From an uncultured Gemmataceae bacterium (GTDB lineage Bacteria; Planctomycetota; Planctomycetia; Gemmatales; Gemmataceae), in NCBI GenBank assembly GCA_963750165.1, contig CAVVPN010000011.1:224001-288000 (forward strand): a DNA stretch of 64,000 nucleotides, read 5' to 3'. The position numbers were made by a program, and so were the translations under genes. Shown one piece after another: positions 1 to 5,906 of this stretch (position 1 is its first letter; the number at the start of each line of letters is the position of its first letter). Below the pieces are notes generated by a model that had not been told where the DNA came from, did not search any database, and saw nothing but the letters and a program-made list of their open reading frames with translations.

Positions 1-192
1 AGACAGCTCCAGGACCACGACGGATTCAATCCGCCCTCCGTGGCGCCGCACCGTATGAAGTGCGGCCCAGCTACTCTTGTGGGGTGTGTGCAGCCAGACC
101 ACTTTCAGCCGGCCCTTGCTCTTGGAGCAGAGCAGGCCGCCTTTCAGGATGCTGGGCAAGTTACGGGCGAGCGTCGCATGGCGTAGCCTCAT
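1..192 (-). CDS. Small ADP-ribosyltransferase-fold protein (Tpt1/KptA- or DarT-like), 3' end beyond the window edge
   Basis: Manual translation from ATG at 192: MRLRHATLARNLPSILKGGLLCSKSKGRLKVVWLHTPHKSSWAALHTVRRHGGRIESVVVLELS, open to base 1. AAAGGTGG SD upstream. HxT...NLxSILxxGL...VxL...RHG..VVLE pattern matches the NAD-binding lobe of KptA/Tpt1. Confidence 0.7.
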   Translation of the reverse strand, partial: MRLRHATLARNLPSILKGGLLCSKSKGRLKVVWLHTPHKSSWAALHTVRRHGGRIESVVVLELS

Positions 193-216
193 GGGGACCA
201 CCTTTCGCGCTGGGTG

Positions 217-240
217 GCAGGGGGTGGGCGTCCCCCTGCC
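217..240 (-). other. GC-rich hairpin between the SWIM and ART genes
   Basis: GGCAGGGGG...CCCCCTGCC inverted repeat, no clear U-tract. Confidence 0.45.
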
Positions 241-252
241 GTGGTCCCGTGG

Positions 253-588
253 TTACACCTTGCCGGCCGCGATCAGCGCCGCCAACCCGTCGGCGTGTTT
301 GCAGCGCTGCCAGCGGGCGTGGCCCTTGCAGCTGCACGTCCGGCTGTCGGCGTCAATGTTGACGTGGTACACGTCCGGCTCGCCGTCGGTGCCGACCTTC
401 TCGACCGTGAAGCCGCGGCCGAAGTCGGCCGGGAACTCGGTCAGGAAGTAGTCGGCGGTGTCCTTGCCGACGGTGATGCGCACCACGCCGGGGTTGCCCC
501 CGAAGGGCGCCAGCGCCAGACGGATGGACCGCGCCGGCTTGCTGCGGGGTTTGCGTTGACGGACGGCCGCGGTTGCGGTAGCGTTCAT
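253..588 (-). CDS. SWIM zinc-finger protein
   Basis: MNATATAAVRQ...YHVNIDADSRTCSCKGHARWQRCKH: CxC-x(n)-CxH SWIM motif; AAAGGA SD before ATG 588. Confidence 0.85.
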   Translation of the reverse strand: MNATATAAVRQRKPRSKPARSIRLALAPFGGNPGVVRITVGKDTADYFLTEFPADFGRGFTVEKVGTDGEPDVYHVNIDADSRTCSCKGHARWQRCKHADGLAALIAAGKV

Positions 589-771
589 CTGCGTTCCTTT
601 CTTCGGAAGGAATGCCACGGACCCGGACGGCGCCAACCGTCGCGGGTCCAACTTGATTTCAGGCCCCGTTTGCCTCTTCTCTGGTTGGCGCGACGGGAAC
701 CAGTCCCCCGCGCCCGTGTCCCGCCCTCCCTCCCGGTTGCCCGGTTCCGAGCGGCTGCTTGTCAAAGAACC

Positions 772-836
772 TTGTCACCAGTGGCGACGATGTTATAATA
801 CGCTAGTAAGCGCACCGTGTCAACGCTAATTAGCGT
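772..836. promoter_or_regulatory. Overlapping divergent sigma70 promoters with two palindromic operators
   Basis: + strand TTGTCA(772-777)-16-TATAAT(794-799) with TG extension; - strand TTGACA(823-818)-17-TATTAT(800-795). Perfect palindrome ACGCTAATTAGCGT (823-836) and a 3-mismatch copy ACGCTAGTAAGCGC (800-813). Confidence 0.75.
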
Positions 837-879
837 ATTTTATGGAATTTCTGGTTGTGCCGAAAGGGAGGTTTTCCCC

Positions 880-1191
880 ATGAAACCCGAGTGGTTCGCG
901 GGCCGGTTACGGGAACTGCGCGAGGCGGCGGGGTTGACTCAACAGCAGTTAGCCGACGCGGCCGGGCTGAAGCTGGCCGGGGTCCGCAACCTGGAGCAAG
1001 GGCGGACGTATCCGGAGTGGCCGTCCGTGCTGGCGCTCTGCCAGGCGCTGGGGGTGGGTTGCGATGCGTTCACCACGGAGCCGGCGCGGCAACCGCCGCC
1101 CGGGCGCGGCAGGCCGCCGAAGGCTACCGCCGAACCAGTTGGACAGCCGGAACCGAAGCGATCGAGGGGGCGGCCGCGTAAGCAGACGTGA
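880..1191 (+). CDS. XRE-family HTH repressor with basic GRP tail
   Basis: FAGRLRELREAAGLTQQQLADAAGL...NLEQGRTYP HTH_3 signature; GGGAGG SD; C-terminal RGRP motifs. Confidence 0.92.
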   Translation: MKPEWFAGRLRELREAAGLTQQQLADAAGLKLAGVRNLEQGRTYPEWPSVLALCQALGVGCDAFTTEPARQPPPGRGRPPKATAEPVGQPEPKRSRGRPRKQT

Positions 1192-1325
1192 GTGGGCCGA
1201 AACGCTCGCGGAACCCTATCGACGTGGGCCGGTCCAAAGCGAGTGGGCCAGTGCCATCCCTCGCCTCGGCCCACGGGTATCCTCATGCTTTCCGTGCTTC
1301 AATCGACGTGTGGGCCGGTTGGGCC
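1192..1325. repeat. Cluster of (G)TGGGCC short repeats
   Basis: GTGGGCC at 1192, 1224, 1243, 1310, inverted at 1268, TGGGCC at 1320; two copies preceded by ATCGAC. Confidence 0.65.
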
Positions 1326-1456
1326 GGTCCCCGAGCGGGGGAGAGAAGGGCACCCGATTGAATTGGGAAGTGCGGCTGACCAGGGCAGAAAACGCGCGGG
1401 CCGGCGCTTCCAATCATCAAGGAAGGCCGGCCCGTGAAGAACGGATCGGTGCGGCA

Positions 1457-1603
1457 TCATTTGCAGCTGTCGGCCAGGGTAATGATGGCGCGGCGGACGT
1501 GTTCGGGCAGGTTCGGCCAGGCGTCGATGAGGCGGGCCAGGTCCGCTGGCAGTTCGGGCCGGTCTGTGCAACCAGTGTGCAACCGTGGCCGTTCAGCATC
1601 CAA
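1457..1603 (-). CDS. Putative small att-adjacent protein (DLARLIDAWPNLPEHVRRAII)
   Basis: Frame open from TTG 1603 to TGA 1457, encoding ...PELPADLARLIDAWPNLPEHVRRAIITLADSCK; start uncertain. Confidence 0.45.
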   Translation of the reverse strand: MDAERPRLHTGCTDRPELPADLARLIDAWPNLPEHVRRAIITLADSCK

Positions 1604-1643
1604 AACTTCTTGCTGGCCAACATGTTGTGGAGGGTGCTTATCG

Positions 1644-1686
1644 GATTTTGGTTCTCTTTGTCCAGGTTCGAATCCTGGCCGGGTAA
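1644..1686 (+). mobile_element. 3' half of tRNA-Gln(TTG), probable att site
   Basis: Anticodon loop TTTTGGT (1646-1652), T arm CCAGG-TTCGAAT-CCTGG, acceptor 3' strand CCGGGTA-A. The 5' acceptor strand and D arm are absent and the outer anticodon stem is unpaired. Confidence 0.85.
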
Positions 1687-1690
1687 CTCA

Positions 1691-1723
1691 AAAAGCCGCA
1701 AACTTTAAGGGTTTGCGGCTTTT
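1691..1723 (+). terminator. Intrinsic terminator-like hairpin after the tRNA fragment
   Basis: AAAAGCCGCAAAC-7nt-GTTTGCGGCTTTT. Confidence 0.7.
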
Positions 1724-1727
1724 ATTT

Positions 1728-2947
1728 CTACCTCAATAATAGATAATCACCCAACAATAAACAATAGATACACCTAATCCTATTCCTCCTCCCCGTCGGC
1801 GTTTTCGCCCCGTGCATCCGGGCGAACACGTCCCGCGTCACCGCCTGTTCGTCCAGCGGCACGTAGTGACGCATCAGCGTGTCCACGTTGCATCCGTAAG
1901 CGATGGACGCCTGCCGCATATCGATGCCCGCCTGCCAGGCCAGGGTGAAGGCCCGCTTGCGGAACCTGTGCGTGGTGAGTGTGGGGCGGTCGGGGTTCGC
2001 CTTGCGGTAGTCGGCGAACAGCGTCTCTACCCAGAAGTAGAGTCGCTGGGGGGAAAATTCCTGGTTCAGCTGGTGCGTCGGCCAGCCCTTGGCGACCAGG
2101 GCGGCGCGCAGCCCGGGCAGGTAGTTCTCCCTCAGCCACGTTCCGCCCTTGAACCAGATCCTTGGGAAGCGGCACTGCCCGCTCTTTGCGTCCCTTGGTT
2201 AAATCCGGCGGGAACACCAGTATGCCGCCCTGGAGTTGGCCCGATTTCAGGCTGCACAAATCCATCAGGCGGCAGCTGGTGTATGCCTTCGTGGCGAGAA
2301 ACATTTTCGTGAATGGCCAGTCGCCGAACCGCTCCCCAACCCACTTGTATAACGCCTCGATCAGTTCGTCGGTGGCGTATCGCACCGGCAGCTTGTCGGT
2401 CTTCGGCGGCGCGACATCCTGCCAGGGGTTGCCCTGGAGAAGCTTCAAATCTTCCACGAGCCACTTCTGCCAGAGGGCCGAAAGGCCGCAGATGAGGCTG
2501 GCCATGTAGTGGGACGACGGGAGTTTGTTGCGCCGGCCCGGCGTGGTCATCATCCAGTCACGCCACTTCGCCGCCATGCCGGGCGTCAGCTCCGGCAGTT
2601 CGGTGTTCGCGTAGAGTTTCCTGACCAGACGGATCAGTTTCAGGTAGTAACCGGTGGTGCTTTCGCGGTTGCCCGAGGCGGCGAGCCTGGCCTTCAGCCG
2701 CCCGATAACTTCCTCCCACGTCGCCTTCTCCTCGATCTGAGCCGCGGGGGCGGAACTCACGCTCGATAATCAACCTGGCCGCCTCAACAGCCTGGGCCAT
2801 GCGCGTCTGATTCGTGTCGCGCCTCAGCCGCCTGCCGTCCTTGGTGCGGAAGAAAACGCAGTAAGTGGCGTCGTTGCCGAACATCTTGACGGTAAAGCCG
2901 ACCAGGGTGCCGTGGCAGAGGTGAGAGTGGGGATAGAGGTGCGGCAT
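1728..2947 (-). pseudogene. Tyrosine recombinase/integrase with two frameshifts
   Basis: Three ORF pieces join (shifts near 2750 and 2155): arm-binding-like N-terminus, NPW motif, TSCRLMDL (R), LTKGRKER (K), THRFRK (HxxR), LMRHY (Y). Confidence 0.85.
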
Positions 2948-3059
2948 CGTAACTGCAGGGAAAGTGTATTATTCTCTTGGCCTGGTTTATTGTGTGCCCG
3001 TGAGCCACCCTGGAACAGGGGTGCGAAATAAAAAAGGCCGCCGTCGTGCCGGGTGGTTT

Positions 3060-3135
3060 TCACTTCCAGGGCTTCCCGCTCAGGAACTTGTCCAGCGCCG
3101 CGTGGGTGAACAGCAGCTTGCGGCCGCCGGCAAAA
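3060..3135 (-). pseudogene. Excisionase-like HTH C-terminal remnant
   Basis: AGGRKLLFTHAALDKFLSGKPWK* resembles the wing/helix end of HTH_17 excisionases, directly upstream of the integrase; N-terminus missing. Confidence 0.5.
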
Positions 3136-3332
3136 TCGACAAAGACCCTGTTGACGGCACGGGCCATGCGTGTCAAGATGGTTGATTGGATAGGTGCCGT
3201 CGTGAACCGAATGCGAATCCACGGCGTCTTATCCAGGGGGAACGGTTTCGACATCGATTGAGGACGGCTGGCCGCCGCACATGCCAAAACCCTGCGGGGG
3301 CGGCGTCCTCAGTACCAAAGGAGAGCGATTTC

Positions 3333-3872
3333 TTGCCGCCGGGATTTAACGACCGAAGGGACCAACCACGTCCCGATCATCAGCGCGTCAACGAGCAGAT
3401 CCGCATTAGCCCGGTTCGCCTCATCGGGCTCAACGGGGAGCAGCTGGGGGTTGTGCCCACGCAGCAGGCCCTGGATATGGCGCGGGAGGCCCAGCTCGAC
3501 CTGGTCGAGGTGGCGGCTCAGGAGCGGCCGCCGGTCTGCAAAATCATGGATTTCGGCAAGTTCAAGTTCCTGCAGAAGCAGAAGCAGAAGGACAAGACCA
3601 AGCAGCACCACCAGAAACTGAAGGAAATCCGTCTGCGACCCAAGACCGGCGAGCACGACGTGGACACCAAGATCAACCAGGCGCGCAAGTTCCTGGAGCA
3701 CAAGGATAAAGTGCTGGTGTACGTGCTGTTCAAGGGCCGCGAGTTGCAGCACCAGGAGGAGGGGCGGCGCATCATCAACCAGGTGCTGGAAAAGTTGCAG
3801 GATCTGGCCAAGGTGGAGAAACCGCCGGCGATGGAAGGCAAGCGCATGACCGCGATGGTCGCGCCGAAATAA
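3333..3872 (+). CDS. infC: Translation initiation factor IF-3
   Basis: RVNEQIR...LDLVEVA...[11 protein letters not shown]...KEIRLRP...FKGRE; AAGGAG SD (3318-3323) then TTG at 3333. Confidence 0.97.
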   Translation: MPPGFNDRRDQPRPDHQRVNEQIRISPVRLIGLNGEQLGVVPTQQALDMAREAQLDLVEVAAQERPPVCKIMDFGKFKFLQKQKQKDKTKQHHQKLKEIRLRPKTGEHDVDTKINQARKFLEHKDKVLVYVLFKGRELQHQEEGRRIINQVLEKLQDLAKVEKPPAMEGKRMTAMVAPK

Positions 3873-3914
3873 CGGCCTGACGTTTTTCCCCCTGCCGCGG
3901 TGCTGCGCTTTCAC

Positions 3915-4001
3915 TACAATCACCCCTCTGCAAGATGGAGCGCAGGGGAGTCACCGAACTTCCGGGACCCCTGGTGACGGCCAGGGGCCCCTTTCTTTTT
4001 T
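3915..4001 (+). promoter_or_regulatory. Candidate promoter plus attenuator leader of rpmI-rplT
   Basis: TACAAT -10 (3915-3920); terminator CCCCTGG-TGACGG-CCAGGGG plus T-tract (3968-4001); competing upstream CAGGGG (3943-3948). Confidence 0.6.
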
Positions 4002-4045
4002 CCCACACCGCCGCCGGGGCGACACGGGTAGAAACGGGCCGTATC

Positions 4046-4246
4046 ATGCCGAAGATGAAGACACACAAGGCTTCCAAGAAGCGCTTCCGCGTTTCCGCCA
4101 CCGGCAAGCTCAAGCGCAGCCAGGCCGGCAAGAAGCACCTGAACAGTCACAAGACCGGCAAACGCAAACGCCACCTGCGCGGGAGCGTCGTTGAGACCGG
4201 CAAGCTGGGCAAGAAGTACGTCTTAATTATGGGCGGCAAGAACTGA
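4046..4246 (+). CDS. rpmI: 50S ribosomal protein L35
   Basis: [21 protein letters not shown]. Confidence 0.98.
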   Translation: MPKMKTHKASKKRFRVSATGKLKRSQAGKKHLNSHKTGKRKRHLRGSVVETGKLGKKYVLIMGGKN

Positions 4247-4313
4247 CCGCCACCGCTTCCATGGGGCCGGCGTTCCAGCCTGCCCCCCGAAGACAGCCAA
4301 GGAGCCAGCCATC

Positions 4314-4688
4314 ATGGTACGCGCGCGCAGCGGCAAGACCCTGACGCGGGGCCGCAAACGCATCCTCAAGCTCACCAAGGGCTTTCGGGCGAGCCGCCAT
4401 AACCTGTACCGCCAGTCGATCGTCACGCTGATCCGCTCGCGGGTGTACGCCTTCCGTGACCGGCGCGTGCGCAAGCGCGACTTCCGCCGCCTGTGGATCG
4501 TGCGCATCAACGCTGCCTGCCGGTCGCGCGGCTTCCGCTACAGCCTGATGATTACCGGGCTGCAGCGCGCCGGCGTCATCCTGAACCGCAAGAGCCTGGC
4601 CGAGATCGCCGTCTACGATCCCGACACGTTTACCAAGATCGTTGACCTGGCGCGCGCCCACCAACCGAAGGCCGCCGCCAGCGCCTAG
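4314..4688 (+). CDS. rplT: 50S ribosomal protein L20
   Basis: AFRDRRVRKRDFRRLWIVRINAA...LNRKSLAEIA. Confidence 0.98.
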   Translation: MVRARSGKTLTRGRKRILKLTKGFRASRHNLYRQSIVTLIRSRVYAFRDRRVRKRDFRRLWIVRINAACRSRGFRYSLMITGLQRAGVILNRKSLAEIAVYDPDTFTKIVDLARAHQPKAAASA

Positions 4689-4756
4689 CGTTTTCGTTGG
4701 CTCCTTGGTCCAGAGTCCACCAGGGGCCTGTGACCCTGGATCAAGGACCCAACCCC

Positions 4757-5782
4757 ATGTCCGCCGAGTTGACCTCCCTCGAACAACGCGCCACCGCCGA
4801 GTTGAGCGCCTGCGCCGACGAGGCCGCGCTGCGCGCCTGGCACACCAAGTATTTCGGCAAGCAGGGCGAAGTCATCGCCGCGCTCAAGGCGGTGGCCAAC
4901 GTGCCGGCCGCCGAGAAGCGAACCTACGGCCAGGAAGCGAACCGCATCAAGGAAGCGCTCACGCAGGCGTACGAGACGGCCCTGGCCGCCGCCAAGGAAC
5001 GCGCCCTGGAAGCGAGCCTGAAGGCGGCGCCGCTCGACGTGACGCTGCCGGGCCGGTCCATCCCACGCGGCCGTCTGCACCCCGCCACGCGCGTGCTGCG
5101 CGAAATCTGCGCGATCTTCGCGGACCTCGGCTTCCAGGTCTACCGCAGCCGTGAGGTGGAAGACGACCTGACCAACTTCGAGTTGTTGAACATGCCGCCG
5201 CACCACCCGGCGCGCGACATGTGGGACACCTTCCACACGACGACGCCCGGCGTGCTGCTGCGCACACACACGTCGCCGGGACAGATTCACGTCATGAAGG
5301 AATTCTGCCCGGAGCCGATCCGCGTGATCCTGCCGGGCATGTGCTACCGCTACGAGGCGATCACGACGCGCAGCGAGATCATGTTCCAGCAGGTGGAGGG
5401 TCTGGTGATCGGCGAGCGCGTCACGATGGCGGACCTGAAGGGCACGATCACGGCGTTCGCGCGGCGGATGTTCGGCCAGGAACGGCAGGTGCGCATCCGG
5501 TCGAGTTACTTCCCGTTCACGGAGCCGAGCATTGAGGTGGACATCGACTGGCCGAAAGACGACCCGAACGCGGATCGGCTAACGAAGGGCACGGGCTGGC
5601 TGGAGATCATGGGTGCGGGCATGGTGCATCCGACGGTGCTGCGCAACGGCGGCTACGACCCGGAGCGCTACAGTGGTTTCGCGTTCGGCATGGGGCCGCA
5701 GCGCATCACGATGCTGAAGTATGGTATCGACGACATCCGCCTGTTCTGGGGCAACGACCTGCGCTTCCTGGAGCAGTTTTAA
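4757..5782 (+). CDS. pheS: Phenylalanyl-tRNA synthetase alpha subunit
   Basis: HPARDMWDTF, LLRTHTSPGQ, YFPFTEPS, GFAFGMG. Confidence 0.98.
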   Translation: MSAELTSLEQRATAELSACADEAALRAWHTKYFGKQGEVIAALKAVANVPAAEKRTYGQEANRIKEALTQAYETALAAAKERALEASLKAAPLDVTLPGRSIPRGRLHPATRVLREICAIFADLGFQVYRSREVEDDLTNFELLNMPPHHPARDMWDTFHTTTPGVLLRTHTSPGQIHVMKEFCPEPIRVILPGMCYRYEAITTRSEIMFQQVEGLVIGERVTMADLKGTITAFARRMFGQERQVRIRSSYFPFTEPSIEVDIDWPKDDPNADRLTKGTGWLEIMGAGMVHPTVLRNGGYDPERYSGFAFGMGPQRITMLKYGIDDIRLFWGNDLRFLEQF

Positions 5783-5881
5783 GTTTGATCCACAGATGGC
5801 ACAGATAACACAGATAAAAGACAAAAATACAAATTCAATTGTTTTTATCTGTGTTATCTGTGTCATCTGTGGATCAAACTT
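5781..5881. repeat. AT-rich inverted repeat built from 9-bp CACAGAT units
   Basis: 39-bp arms (5781-5819 and 5843-5881) with one G:T mismatch; three CACAGATnn units per arm. Confidence 0.9.
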
Positions 5882-5906
5882 GGTTTCCTGACGGGTTCAA
5901 CTGACC

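Noticed and set aside
1610..1690. Intact tRNA-Gln
   Set aside because: No 5' acceptor strand (TACCCGG) or D arm; only the 3' half is present.
4689..4756. T-box or pheM-type attenuator before pheS
   Set aside because: Only 68 bp, with no T-box motif or Phe-rich leader peptide.
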